DNA of 64,000 nt, from positions 7,874,001-7,938,000 of the forward strand of contig CM052832.1 of assembly GCA_028534125.1 (NCBI GenBank), written 5' to 3'. The notes under the pieces were generated by a model, which had not been told where the DNA came from, did no database searches, and worked only from the letters and a program-made list of their open reading frames with translations. This DNA comes from Lama glama. Lineage: Eukaryota. The position numbers and the translations under genes were made by a program. Below, piece after piece: positions 1 through 13,280 of the stretch. How positions within the stretch are numbered: position 1 is the stretch's first letter; each line of letters begins with the position of its first letter.

Positions 1-1665
1 ACCATCTTGGATGGCTTCGGGAAATTGGCCTCATTGCCTTAGAATCATATCACCCGTGGCAGGATTAGCACTGTTTGGTGGAGCCAAAGCTTTCCTGGAT
101 GATGCCAGGACTGTGGGGCTGGAGGCTCGATTAACCAGGGAGAATGGGGGACACTCTTCTTGGTGGTCATTGTACGTGTGGGACATCTCAGCAGTAGCCC
201 CTTGCACCTTTCACAGCTGCTTTAACTGTCCCCAACCCTTCCCCTAGGCCAGTGGGCTCGATCCGCAGGCCAGGCTGCAGATGTCACCACCATCGCCTGC
301 ACAGTCGGGTGACGGAGGCACAGGGAGGTAAAGTGACTTCTCCCAGGCGTTCTGGTTCCCAGTTCAAGTGCACTTCATCCTTGAGTCCTTAACACAATGA
401 GTGCCGGACAAGGAAAAGTAAATACATCTTAGTAAGAAAATGAGTGACGTGTAGAAAGTGCTTTGTTGATGGCTATTCATTTATAACTATTTTAACTTAT
501 TACGTTGTGGGTTTGAAGCAGCTGTTCATTAAGCTGACCTTCACTGGCCACCTCCCAACCATGCGGTTAGGCGCTGGGCTGGGCAGCAGCTACCCCCTCT
601 GCATGCCCAGGATGGGCTGGGCGTGGTCCATAAGGCCCAGGCTGGGGCTTCTCTGTCTGCAGGGCCAGGGGAAGGGGGCCTAGAAAAAGGAAGGCTTTCA
701 GGGCAGTGGCCTGGAGCTGGTGAGGACCACAGCCCCCAGGGCCAGATGAAGGGGCTTCATAGCCCATCCTCCCTGAACTTACAGCCAGCATCACTCCGAG
801 CTCTTAAGGGGCCTACCACGGGACACGGGACCCGCCAGCTGGCGGCGAGGCCCTAGCAAGGATGGTGATGGGCTCTGGCAGTGGGTAGGGCCATGGTGAT
901 GTCAAACGACTCCACGGGACAACCCGGTGAGTCACCAGGGCGCCCCTCCCCACCGTCCTCCACCTCATCATCCCCCTTACAGGCCACCCACAATGTCCTA
1001 GAAATGCCAACTCCTCTGTTTTCACTTTTTCCCTAAAGACAGAAGGAAAAAAAAAAAAGACAAGAAGTTGGAAAAGCAAAGGGTCAGTAGTGAGCAGGGA
1101 GGCGCCATCGGGAGGAGCCAGACAGGGTGGGAGCAGAGGGCTTCAGGGACAAGGAACCTTCAGCCCCACTTGTGCTGACAGGAACCCCCCACACCTCCCG
1201 GGCCAGACTCGAAAGGGGCTTTAAGCACCATCTCATCCAACCTTAGTTTCAAGTCAACTGATGTTCAAAGAGGTTCGACGAATTGCCCGTGTTGGTAATT
1301 AAGCCAGATTTGTTCTGGCCTTAGAGAGTGGAAGGGAAAGTTGAAAAAATAGTTACCTTGGACAGAAAGCCTGTGTTTTAAGGCACTCAACCATATAATG
1401 ACACCTAATCATTTACCTATGATCGGTCTCCGTCTGGTTTCCTCTAAGCAAGTCTAAGTTCCTTAAGGAGGGATTTGTTTCCAAGAGTCTCTTGTGTCAC
1501 AGACACCCAGGAAGCCCTGGCTCAAATAAGTGAACAGAGAAGGGGAAAGAACAGTAGACGAAGCCCACGCAATGAACAGAATAAATGATGAGCCGAGAGA
1601 CCCTCTTAAGGCGCCTGCAGCTCACTCCTGCTGAGAAGTCAACACAAAATTAAAAAGCAGTGTGG

Positions 1666-1934
1666 ACCACAGAGAAAGAACAAACTAGTGGTTACCAGTT
1701 GGGGGAGGGAGGCGGGGAGGGGCAAGATAGGGGAAGGGGATTAAGAGGTACAAACTATTAGATAAAATAAGGGACAAGGATATATTGTACAACACGGGGA
1801 ATATAGCCAATATTTTACAATAACTATAAATGGAGTATAACCTTTAAAAACTGTGAATCACTGTTGTACACCTGTAACATATATTATTGTACATTAACTA
1901 TACCTCAATAAAATTTTAAAAAGTTTTTTTTAAA
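1666..1934 (+). mobile_element. 5'-truncated LINE-1 3' end with TSD
   Basis: L1 3'UTR motifs (ctagtggttacc, G-rich tract, ctatacctcaataaaa). Perfect 14-bp TSD aaaaagcagtgtgg at 1652-1665 and 1935-1948, at a TT/AAAA endonuclease site. Confidence 0.9.
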
Positions 1935-2642
1935 AAAAAGCAGTGTGGTCTAGTGGAAAAGCACAGAATCATAAAGAATGGTAGCCACATGATTAATAAT
2001 GTCAAGAAATGTACGTGGCATGGCCCACCGTTTTGTCACAGAGCCTCTCCATCATGGCCTTGGACTGCCAGCCGGGGCGAGTCGCTAGCAACGCCAGACC
2101 AACTCAATTTCCACACCTGCCTTGAATGAAAAATAGGATTTTTCAGTGCCCGTCTCGTGTTTATCAGACTCTCCAGGGGACGTGAGAAGTTTGGAAAAAG
2201 CATGATCTAAAATTACCATTGTTTTTTTTTTTTGAAGTCCCTATTTCATTTATTTTGAAATTTCAAAAAAAAAAAATCAAGAGAGGGCTTGAGATTTTTT
2301 AACGCTCATCAGGAGGGGAGTCCAAGTTTGAAAGGCCGAGAAATCCCATAAATGTGTCTGCTTCTGCCAGGGGCACGCTCCCCACTCTCTGGTGTCCTCA
2401 GGAAGAATGCAGAAGGGATGAGCTGGGGATTCCTTCCCCCCCAATCCTCCTTGTGAGGGTAACAAACAGTCCTCCAGTGTTAAAGAATCACTTTCATCTT
2501 CCTCATTTTATTTGACCCTTGTAATAGCTCCATGAGTTGGGCAAGAGCCCAACCTAATAATACAAATACTCGCTGAAGACGACCGGAAGAGGCATGGCGC
2601 TCAACAGACAAGGAAACTGGCCCCTAAGAGTTAAATGGCTCC

Positions 2643-2948
2643 AAGACTCACAGACAGAAAACGAACTTACGGTTACCAATGGGGGAAGGAGGTGGGAGGG
2701 GATAAATTGGGAGTCTGAGATTTGCAGATACTACTATGTATAAAATAGATAAGCAACAAGTTTCTACTGTATAGCACAGGGAACAACATTCACTATCTTG
2801 TAACCTATAATGAAAAAGAATATGACAATGAATATACGTACGTACATGTATGTACATGTATGACTGAAACATGATGCTGTACACCAGAAATTGACACGAC
2901 ATTGTAAACTGACTACACTTCAATTTTTTTTTTATTTTAATTTTAAAA
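2643..2948 (+). mobile_element. 5'-truncated LINE-1 3' end (artiodactyl/camelid type) with TSD, inserted in a MIR remnant
   Basis: agactcacagac...gataaattgggag...aactgactacacttcaa. TSD aagagttaaatggct (2626-2640) versus aagagtgaaatgact (2949-2963), 13/15 identical. Confidence 0.9.
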
Positions 2949-4189
2949 AAGAGTGAAATGACTTCTAACTATGGGTCTGAAAGGCACTACTGAGGCCTCT
3001 CCCTTCCCAGGTGGAGAAATGAGGCCCAGAGAGGGAGACAGGTTGTTCCATCACCCAGTCCCAGGTCCCCCAAATCTCTACAATCCAGAGTTCTGTCACC
3101 ACATCACACGGCCCCCCTGGTGGTCCCCTGCCCTGGAGAGCAAACAGGGAGGAGGCACGGGGGAGGGAACTGACAGGGTCTGAGCACCAGAGCCACCAGC
3201 AGCAGGGCTCAGCCACTTACTGGAGACTGTTTATAACCTCGCTCTTTGCACTTCTGGACTGACTGAGCACGTCCCTATCTCTGAGTCACTCCACCCCATC
3301 CTCCAAGCACTGTGAGTCTGAGCCCATGGACATCTTGGGCTCTTCATCTGGAAATGGCCATGATTACCACGTGCTGCATCCGAATCACAGAGACGGGGCG
3401 TGCCACTGCTGGTGGTGACATCAAGGTCCCTGACTCCCACTGGAAGGCCCTCGCCCAGTGCTGCTGGGAGACCAGCCTGAGATGAGCCAGGTTTTCCCTG
3501 TATGAGAGCACAGGGAAACTCCAGCAAGAAACAGCCCCAGTGCCCTAGTGCCCCAGTGCTCCTACACAAGCCAACTTGTTAAGCAACCACTGTCGAATTA
3601 GGCCAGGCATGTTCTTTTCAAAATTCAGATTTTATTTGCGAGGTTTGCTTCTCCACCATCGAGGTCTGTCTCAGGCACGCGATGGCTTTTGGGGTTGGGC
3701 ATTCCTGCTGGGGCCCTAGAGCAGCCTCAGGAGCTAGCCTCCTGTGGGCCCAGCAGTTCAGGCTCTGATACAAGCTCTCAGGCCGTTTCTCATGTGCACA
3801 CCAGTGTCCGCATGTCCCAACAGTCGGTCACACAGGGTGCCCTGTTCCAGGCAGCTATGCCTGGGCTGCAAGTCTGGGTGGGCAAATTGGTAAACTCCCA
3901 TTGACACACATGGGAAATTTCTAGTTACTAAAATATAAATCTTTCACTTGGCAAAACTCATTCCTCACCCCATGGATACAAGAACATTCCCCAGCTTGCT
4001 GGTTTGGCATTCATATTCTTTCTTTGAACAACTCTCTTCATGCTTCCTTCTAGGTCCACAGAGTGGGTCTTTAGTGTAGTTCCTCGCAAACAGGAAGCTT
4101 CCAGACGTCAAAAAAAATAAAATGGTTCTCACTTCTCTGTCTTCTTAGAATACATGTGAGGGGGACTCAGATGGCTAAACGGCAGCTGG

Positions 4190-4580
4190 GCAGTACAGCA
4201 GGGAGGGCACTGGCCACTGGGTCTGACCATTGGGCTCTAATCCCAGCCTTGTCACTTTGCTGTGTGGCCTTGGGCAAGTTACTTCTCATCTCTGGGCCCC
4301 AGTTTCCTAGTTTGTAGTGTAACCTGCTTGTTGGAGTTGAAGTCCAGGGGAGCCTGCCTGCTCAGAGTTTATAAGAGTCCAAGGGTCCCTGACAGCCAGG
4401 ACTCAGGAACCAGGGACATCTTGGGTGAGCCACGTCACCTCCAGGTGCCTGTGCAGCACTGAAATGATGATGATAAAATGCCTGCTTCTTTGGGGGTTGC
4501 GAGGAGTAAATGAATTAATCCACATAAAGTGCTTAGAACAGTGCTTGACACATGAGGAGCACTAAGCATTAGCTTGTACT
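4190..4580 (+). mobile_element. MIR SINE, split by ~140 bp of other sequence
   Basis: MIR core gctgtgtggccttgggcaagttactt...cagtttcct and 3' part aaagtgcttagaacagtgcttgacaca. Confidence 0.8.
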
Positions 4581-5769
4581 TTGGTTACTTCAACAAGGGT
4601 TGTGTCTGACTCATTTTTGTGCCCTCAGCACCTGGTGTGAGTCCTGGCAGGCACTGGTGGAAAGGAGCCTTGAATAAAATAGTGAGAAAAGAAACCTGGC
4701 GCTCAAAACTAAATATATGAAAGGGGAGGGGAGGTTCGAAGGGCAGCTGTTTCGTGTAGCAGATAGATTCCCTGCCCCTGGCCCTTTGAAATGCCTGTGT
4801 CCACATGGCTGGGAGAGGGATGTGATGTCCCCAGCGCCCTCATCCCACTTCTGGAGCCTGGGGAGAGCCTGGCCCCTGACTCCTGGTCTGTGGTGGCCCC
4901 TGCACCCCCCAATTTAGCCCGTCTCAATCACCCCAAAATGTCCTTTCATCCCACCCTGAGTTCATCTTCAAACCTCAGGGAAACAGTAGTCAAAAAAGAA
5001 ACAGCCCTCCGCCCCTCAGCCCCTGGCCAGTAATCTGAGCTGCAGAAGGAAAGGGGCAATTATGGTTTGGGGTTTCTCCCCCTCCTTTTCCAGCTCCTTG
5101 ACTCAACTCTTCATCTTTCTTCTGCCTTTTGAGAGCTCAGCGTTTAGCTCAACTGGCCTCTCTTCAGGGGCGGCAGGAGGTGGGGGGCACAGCCAGGCCC
5201 TCCGCCTCCTCCTGAGCAAGACTGGGGCCCAAGAGCAGTGGCCCCAGGGGCCCTGGTGCCCCCTGCTCGTCCACCTCCCGGCCACTCTTGCCAAGCGTTG
5301 GGCAGGCTCACCCCGCTCACGGAAGGAAATTTATTAGCCGAGGCGGCAGGGAGGGCCGGGGTTACTGAGACGTCATTACTCTTACAAAATATACTATGGG
5401 ACGTTTACTAGTGTCCCGTGAAGTGGGCCCATAAATCAGGGGCTCCGCGGCTCTTGTCAGGAGAAATGAGGAAAGTGCGTTTGCTCACGCCCACCGTGGC
5501 CTTGACCTTGACCCCAGCCCTGAGCCAGGCCCCGGTGCTGGGCATAGCACGGCCACAGCACGGCCACTGGCCACCCCCGGGGGTGCCCGCCTGGCCTCAG
5601 GGCTGGACACGGGTCTGTCCCAGCTTGCATGTTCTGAATGAGAACGTCATCCAGTTTCAAATCCACACGTATCACACACTGAATCTCTCCTGGAAATAAT
5701 ATTTCCTCTGCCAATTTTATTCTCCTGGCCCTAGGGACCTACAAAACTTCTGTGCAGCGTGAGCCTGTT

Positions 5770-6280
5770 TCTAATATATACATATATGAAGGAAATAAAC
5801 CCAAAGGTTAACAGTGATCCTCTCTGGGCAGAACAATTATGGGTGATTTTTATTAACTTCTTTATCCTTCTCCAGATTTTCCACACTTCAAAAATATAAA
5901 TATGTGTGACTTTTATTATCAGAAAAATGTTACTTTTTTAACAAAGTAAATTCAGGAATCAGTCATGAGGAAATATGAAAATGTCCATGTTATTCATATT
6001 AAAAAAAAGTAAAACTATAAACAACCTAAATGTGTAACCATTACTCTACATTACCAGGACAGAATATCACACAGCAAACATTTTTGTTTGCATGTGCTAA
6101 TGAACAGTATATAAAAATTGTACATAAGAAGCATGCCTAGAAAGAAATATTATTGTTGTAATAAGGTGTGGGCTTCTGAAATATTTTCTTTTTCTCTTCT
6201 CTCTTTTCTAAATATTGTATAATGTGATTATACTTCTTTTGTAATTTTTAAGTGTTTGAAAAGAGAAAAAAAATGCAACC
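5770..6280 (+). mobile_element. old L1M (L1ME-like) 3' fragments
   Basis: gttaacagtgatcctctctggg...attatgggtgatttttatt and aacaacctaaatgt motifs form an AT-rich island in GC-rich DNA. Confidence 0.6.
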
Positions 6281-6828
6281 TGGGTCTGGGGCCCCTGCTC
6301 CCCCCGCCCATGGCCCAGTACCACACACGTGTTCTCACTCCACATTAAAACATGAGGCCCGGGGTGCCGTGGTGGGTTCAGTTCCGTTGGGACAATCTGG
6401 GACAATCAGCCCTACCAATGAACTTTTTATGGAGTTTCTGACTTTGAAGCTAAGTAATGAGACTTGGCCCCTGACCAGGCCTTGAAATGTTCAAAGTGGT
6501 CTCCCCCCATCAGTTAGCTAATCCGAGGCATCTGAGGTGGGCTGGCGGGCGGGCTGGCGGGCAGGCAGGCAGGCAGGCCCTGGTTTCTGGGGGAGGACAG
6601 GAGAGGTAAGTGTCCCTGCCCAGGCCAGGCCAGGAGTTCTGAGGGCCTCCCTCTAGCCAGACCCCTACCCCTCACTCAGCAGCCTGTGTGCACAGACCCC
6701 TTCCTCCTGTCTTACATTTGATGGCGATTCCAGAGAGGGAGGGAATTCTCAGGGCTCTGAGCTGGTCCTGTCACTCAGTGAAGGGCTTCATTTGGAAATG
6801 AAACCTCTATAAGGAAACAGGCTGGTCT

Positions 6829-6848
6829 CGAGCGCCCCCTGGCTGCCG
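6829..6848 (-). promoter_or_regulatory. candidate CTCF site
   Basis: The minus strand reads cggcagccAGGGGGCGCTcg, close to the CCASYAGRKGGCRS core. Confidence 0.5.
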
Positions 6849-8095
6849 GGGACATCCACTGCGGCAAACCACTATCCACATCTTAGCCCAGGCTAGAGGT
6901 GCAGGCCCTGGTCTCTCCTCAAGGGAAGTCTCTGGGAGTTTTCTAGATGCTGGGTACCAAGAAACTCTCCCTCACTCCCACTCCAAGAATTTAAAGACAA
7001 ATCGAGCTTCCTCAGTGAAGGAATTCCTCCACCCCAGGAGGGGGCATGTTTCACTAGGTCTGGCTTTTTGGTGGGGTGGTCTTCCCCACCTTATTTCTTT
7101 TAGAAGTAGTCACTCTCCTGACCTGATGGGCATGGGGCAGGTGAACCTCTGCCCACCCCAATCATCGCCCTTCGCTCCACATTTTGAATGGCTCTCACAG
7201 CATTTGGAATTTCAGAGGCATTTGGTTTTGGTTTTTAACAGGAATGGGGGGCGGGAAACCTTTGTCTTGAAGCAATGCGTTCTCTTGGCAGCTCTAGGGA
7301 GCCTGGCAATGTTGAGACCTTTCCTGGCAGGGCTGAGAGGATGAGCTGGTTGGTTGTGGTGTGTTTAGAAGTTTAAAACAGCAAGAAGACAGAGCGAGGG
7401 TTTGCGGGAGGGGTGGGTGTGGGCTCGGGGGGGGGTGACAAGACCTCCAGATCTGTTCTTCTCTCTACTGTAAATTACAAGCCTGCTTTTTAAAATTTCC
7501 TTTCCCAGAACAATGTTATTCATTCAATTCCAAAGTAAACACTGGGCTTAGATACTCAACAGTTTGGGAGAACAAACTGTCCTCGTTGTTAAGGTCTTTT
7601 ACCTGTCAGGGGCCTGATTAAACCCATATATCTTCATGGCAGCCATCAGCAGCTGTCGTGGGCTGTGAGGAAGGACCAGGACCAGCCCCTTGCGTCCGCA
7701 TGGGCGAGGGCAGCCCCTTGGTGCCAGCCCTGGGCTCAGGGCTTTCCCTCTCTCTGGGGCGGCTACAGTAGGGTGTCTGTTCAGGGTTCCTGCCTGACCT
7801 CGAACTTCTAGGATAAGGGGCAGATGAGAAGAAGTGCTGAGGCCCAGAGGGCACCAGAAAAGGGGGAGGAGGCGGAGAAAGTGGCGTCTGAACTGCCTTC
7901 AAAGTGATAGATGTTTGTACTACAGAGGAGCTGATTTGGGGAGAGACGCAGGCCTTGGGTAGTAAATCGTGCGATCCGATGTCGGTGCTAAGAATATGGA
8001 AGCCCATTTCCTTTCTCCTAGGGGAAGGCCGCTTAATTAAGAGATCTTGGGTACTCGACTTCCTCATAAATTTTAGAGGGCTGTAAAACTCGGGA

Positions 8096-8125
8096 GTGTG
8101 TGCGTGTGTGTGTGCGCGCGCGCGC
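8096..8125. repeat. (TG)n(CG)n alternating purine-pyrimidine tract
   Basis: gtgtgtgcgtgtgtgtgtgcgcgcgcgcgc. Confidence 0.95.
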
Positions 8126-9624
8126 CTGCAGGGTAGGCAAAGAGGAGCATATTTGGAGCTCTGTTCAGAATGGCACTCACACCACTGCTCGCCCTTTGTG
8201 TCTCAGTTTCCCTGGTGGAGAGTGGCCGCATCTCACACCCCAGCTCGCAGGGAGCATCAAGAGACTAGGCTGGAAACCTCCAAGTGCTCTGACTGCTGAG
8301 CAGATGGAAGGGGGCTGGGACGCCTATAAGGAGAGGAGGGAAGGAGGGTTGGACCCCACTGCCTGTGTTGTTGAGGTAGACGCCCAGCCCTGCCCCGGTC
8401 CCCAGGTAACGTTGCAGATGACAGGAGCAGGGCTTCCATCCTTCCCAGCTCTCACCCTGGGGGTGCCACTGGCTCCTGGGTGAGCCCTCCTCGGAAGCCC
8501 GTGGCTGGAATCTTAAGTTTCCTGCTCTCCTCTAAGGGATATTTAATTTCCCAAGCACAGTCTGTTTCTCTTCCAGAAGAACTCGCTTCCCCCTTGGCTT
8601 ATCTGATGGTGGGAATGTCAGGGAGCAGCTTGTCACCCTATCATTTTCCACAGAAGCGAACATTAACGGTTGGGAAGCAGTGGTGCCGAGGGGCGGGGGG
8701 TGTCCCGAGGAGCCAGTGATGCCACCACTTGGCAGGGGAGGGGAACGCGATCACTAGACAGGAGGCCAAGGAAGGAAAGAAAAGCCGTCCATCCTAGAAC
8801 CACTCGAGCTAAGTCAAGCTCGTGCTGGCGTGGAAAGAGAACACTCTGGGTGGCGGCATGTTCCCTCCAGAGCACACTTCAACTCTCGTTACCTCAGGTC
8901 CCACAACATCCCAGAGGATGGAACAGCTCAGGCCAGGGTACTGGCCCACATTGCAGAGGGGCAGCTCAGTAGTGGCCTGTTGCAGGCACATTGCCAGAGG
9001 TTGGTAAATCCAGTCCCCTGACCCACTTCTGCTGGGCCCTCATCACACGTTGAGTCAGCCAGTGTCAGCTTGGCAGGGCTGGGGTGATGCTGTGTTTCAG
9101 GACCGCTCACTAATGGACTGTGAGACAGTGTGTGACAGAAACATAGAAGCTGCTTTGACTTCCGTGGCTCCAATGACCTTGATGGAGGGCGGATCCGTGG
9201 CAGTGATGCCCAGTATGTGGGGTGGTTGGGGTGCCCTCTGGGCTCCCAGCTGACCTGCCTACTTCCTTGAAGTCCCAGATTCCATTTCACGGGGAGCACT
9301 AGCGAGCATCACATTAGGCATGTTTCTGAGCGTGCCAGGCCCAGGGTAGTCTCCCAGGACACACTGGTTTCACTCTTCCAGAAAATAGGAACACACATCT
9401 GAGCCAAACAACCGGTGGGCGGCAGCCCCACCCTGAGCTGTACTTGCTGAGGAAACAAGATAAGGTGCTAGCACCTGGTTTGTTCATGGGCTCTTTCCTT
9501 CAAAGATGGTGACGCCAAGGATACAGGGAACGGGGGTCAGAACACAGAAATGAAGTCTGGCGCTACAGGGAGAGAGCTGAGGGTTCCAAAGTATTACAGC
9601 CCGAAACATACTCTCCTTGCATCA

Positions 9625-9660
9625 TTGTTGTTGTTTTGTTTTGTTTTGTTTTGTTTTTGT
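9625..9660. repeat. (GTTTT)n simple repeat
   Basis: ttgttgttgttttgttttgttttgttttgtttttgt. Confidence 0.9.
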
Positions 9661-11554
9661 TTATCTATTTTTTCCTACAATAAATATGCATTGCTTGTAT
9701 AATGCATGAAATAATAAAATAGTTTTAAAAGAAAATGCACATACAGAGCACATAAGACCCCTAGTTGTTTTCCTTTCCTTGCACTCAGATGCCTCAGAAG
9801 GTAGGTTAAAGTTACAAAAACTCTGTTTACACAAAACTTTTGGGAGTATCACTGTTAAGTGATTCAACTGACAAATGTATACCGACCATCTCACCTGTGT
9901 TGGGCACGGCGCCATCTTGTGACGACACGGAGATGAAGGAATCACTCTCCCTGACCAACCCCACACAGCTTCCAACAAAGCCCTGTGAATTCTTTACACC
10001 TTCCACCTCTAGAATATGTGAGAGACCTAAAGACCCACCCCAGACTCCTGCCTGGCCAGTGACATGTGCTGGAAGTAGGCCTAGACCATGAATCAGAGAG
10101 AAGGACTGCAGTCCCAGCTGCGTAACTCTCTGTGTGACTTTGGGCAAATCCCTTCCCCTCTCTGGGCTTCCGTTTCCCCACCCGCACCACAACAGGTTGG
10201 CCTATAGGACTCCAGTTGTGTGGTCCTGTCATCCCTCTTGCCCAGGCCTGTCCTGGAGTCCCCAGGCCCCCGTCATGTGCTATCTGGGCCCAGCACTCGC
10301 CCCAATGTCCCCCACCCCATTTGTCCATGCTGGTGACCCGGGTGGCACTGCTGGCTTTCCTGCTGGACTGGGTCCAGAGAACATGGCCTTTCCAGAAGGT
10401 GAGGAGTGGCCTGTCCTCCTCCCCTGGCCTCCTTGCCATCTCCATCCCATCATGCAGAACAAGAGATGAAAAACAGTATAAAGAAGATCTGGAACACTCA
10501 CTTTTAAGGAAATAGGAATCAACGGCAGAGGATGAGCGCCCCACTACAACACACAGGTCTTCGCTGAATTACGAGCCAAGGTTTCAAGTTAGGCATATGC
10601 CCCCGTTTCTGTATCTGCATGAGAAATAAGAGACACCTGCTCTGAGCTGATTGTTGGCCCCCCACATTTAGCAGTGCGTCCGTTTGAATGTACATACCTG
10701 CCCAAATTCAGTGTATCTGTATATCAGTGTCCATGGAAAGATCTCTGACCTAGAAAGCCTGCTTTGGGACCCTCTACTGACCAATTGGTGACTTTGAGCC
10801 CATCCCCCCACCCTGAGCCTCAGACTCTCCTTTTACACACCAGAGGAGGCCCCCACATCCTCCCTGCCTGGATCCCCGAGGCCCTCCAGCCCTGACTGCT
10901 GGGACGTACAGGGAAGGACCCTGCAGGTGAGGCTGCCTCTGATGGCACTGCTTCCCCAAGGCATGGACGGTGGCCCCAGCTGGCCTCCAAGGTGCTGACC
11001 AGCCCACCGCTGGGTGGTATGGTGACACAGTTCATGGCTCTGCTGGCTTCTACTCTGCATATTTTGGAGGCCACCCTGAAAACCTTTCGGGTAGCCAGCA
11101 TTACCCCATCCCTTCCTCTGATCCCTGTGGAAACAACTTGGCCACATCAAAAGGTCTTTGAGGGAGATTTAAGCTTCCATGTGGGCCCAGCCATTATCCC
11201 AGGGGCCCAGCAGACCTCCCACGGCTCAATTTGCCATAGACAAGCTCAGGGTCTGCCTTCTGTTTCCACATAATTATTAGCACTGTCTCATCTCACACTC
11301 AAGTGTGACCCACTTTGGAAGATAAATATCTGGTGACCCTACCCCTGAGGTAGAGTGGCCTTCCCAGAAGCGAGGGTTTGGATCTCACTACACCAAGTTT
11401 GGGGGCACAGACCCACTCTAGGCCAAAGTGTGAGGAGGACTGCAGGGGTTAGGGTCTTCTGGTGTCTGCCACCCAGCCTGCAGCAGCCCATTCCGAGGCC
11501 ATGTTTCATACCCTTCCCAGGAACAGGTATCTCAGATCTACCTGTTCTCCTAGC

Positions 11555-11730
11555 ACAGGCTTCTCAAAGTGTGGTCCCTGGACCAGCATCATCAGCATCA
11601 GCTGGGAACTTGCTAGAAATCCAGGGTCCCCGGACCTGTTAGATGAGGAACTCAGGGGGTGGGGCCCAACAATCGGTGTTTTAACAGACCCTCCAAGGGA
11701 TGCTGACACCAGCAGGAGACAGAACGCTGC
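11555..11730 (+). mobile_element. MER5A (hAT-Charlie MITE)
   Basis: ttctcaaagtgtggtccctggaccagcatcatcagcatcagctgggaacttgctagaaat...ggggcccaacaatc..tgttttaaca matches the recalled MER5A consensus. Confidence 0.9.
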
Positions 11731-12206
11731 CCTAGACAATGTGAGAACAGACCTGGGTGGGAATGCCCGAGGCCTGGGCCTCCCCCACCTCCTGTTACAG
11801 ACAGACATGCCAGGGGCTGTGGAAGTGACCTGTAGCCTGAATTCCCATGGAATGCCGCCTACACCTCTCCTGGATTGCATCTGACTGCCTGTGTTTCCCT
11901 CCCTCTGCAATAAGGTGTCAGACCGCTCAGCTGAGCTAACTGTAACCCGAGCAAGACGTTCTCTCCTCTGGGCCTCAGTTTCTTCATCAAAACAACTGAG
12001 GGATTTGCTCAGATGACCTTAAGGTCCCTTCCAGGTGTGACGTTCTTTCTTTGTTGATAAATCCTCCTCCAGATAATGTCCACACTTCATGGGACCCTCA
12101 GGGCTAAGGCTGTGACAAGATGATTACAGACGATATTTCAAGACAGAGGGGCTTCTGGTGACCCTTAAATCGATCTTAGACTCTTACACTCAAAAGAGGC
12201 TCAAGG

Positions 12207-12418
12207 GCAGACTTCCTCAACCTGAACACTACTGCAAACTTTATACCCATAATTCTTTGTTGTGGGAACATTCTGGGCACAGTAGGCTGTTTGCAGCATC
12301 CCTGGCCCCCACCCACTAGATGCCAGTAGCACCCCCAAGTCACAACAACTGCAAATGTCTCCAGGCCTTGTCACAGGTGCCCTGGGGGAACCAGTCACCC
12401 TCGGATGAGAACCACAGC
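12207..12418 (+). mobile_element. MER20 (hAT-Charlie)
   Basis: ataattctttgttgtggg...gcagcatccctggccc..acccactagatgccagtagcacc...aatgtctccag...gagaaccac. Confidence 0.9.
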
Positions 12419-12619
12419 CCCGTGGGCTTTCTGGGCTGCGAGCATTCCTACTCTCCTCCCCAAAATTCCCCCATCCTCTCCCAGGGCAGGAACCTCCCGC
12501 ACGGCTGGCTCAGCATACAGGTGTCGGCATGGATGCTAAATGCCTTGTGAGCTCTACCAGTACTGCCTCCAGCCCAGCCCCACCCAGGTGAGCACATTTA
12601 TCCAGTCCAGTTCATTCAG

Positions 12620-12820
12620 CCCTCCAGATGAGGGCTGCCTTATCCTGCCTTCACCACTTCCTAATGATGCAACCTTGGACAAGTTCCCCAACCTCTCAGA
12701 GCCTCACTGTTCTCATCTGCTAGATAGGAACAAGCCCCCCTACCCAGCTGATACTATGATATCACTTAAATGGGATGTACATAAAGCACCGGTCAGCTTG
12801 GACTCAACAATGGTATTATG
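12620..12820 (+). mobile_element. MIR SINE
   Basis: accttggacaagttccccaacctctcagagcctcactgttctcatctg core. Confidence 0.75.
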
Positions 12821-12821
12821 A

Positions 12822-13280
12822 TAAGGAAATATAATTGAAGACTACTCAGCCACAAAAAAGAATAAAATAATGCCATTTGCAGCAACATGGATGGATCTGG
12901 AGATCATCATTCTAAGTAAGCTAGAAAAAGAAAGAAAAATTCCATATGATATCGCTTTTATATGGAATCTTAAAAATAACAAAAAGGAAGACTAATGAAC
13001 TTATCTATAAAACAGAAACAGACTCACAGACATAGTAAAGAAATTTATGGTTACCGGGGGGAAAGGAGATGGGAAAGGTATAAATTGGGAGTTCAAGGTT
13101 TGCAAATATTAACCACTATATATAAAATAGATTAAAAAAAACAAATTTCTTCTGTATAGCATAGGGAACTATATATTAAATATCTTGTAGTAACCTATAA
13201 TGAAAAGGAATATATGTATGTACATATGTGACTGAAACATTACACATTGTAACTGACTATACTTCAATTTAAAAAAAAAT
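12822..13280 (+). mobile_element. LINE-1 3' end (ORF2 C-terminus plus 3'UTR)
   Basis: tactcagccacaaaaaagaataaaataatgccatttgcagcaacatggatggatctggag...aactgactatacttcaatttaaaaaaaaa. Confidence 0.95.

Noticed and set aside
10391-10582. Donor AAG|GTGAGG and acceptor catgcAG| before a purine-rich exon-like stretch
   Set aside because: The implied intron is only 59 nt, the frames I read contain stops and there is no recognisable homology.
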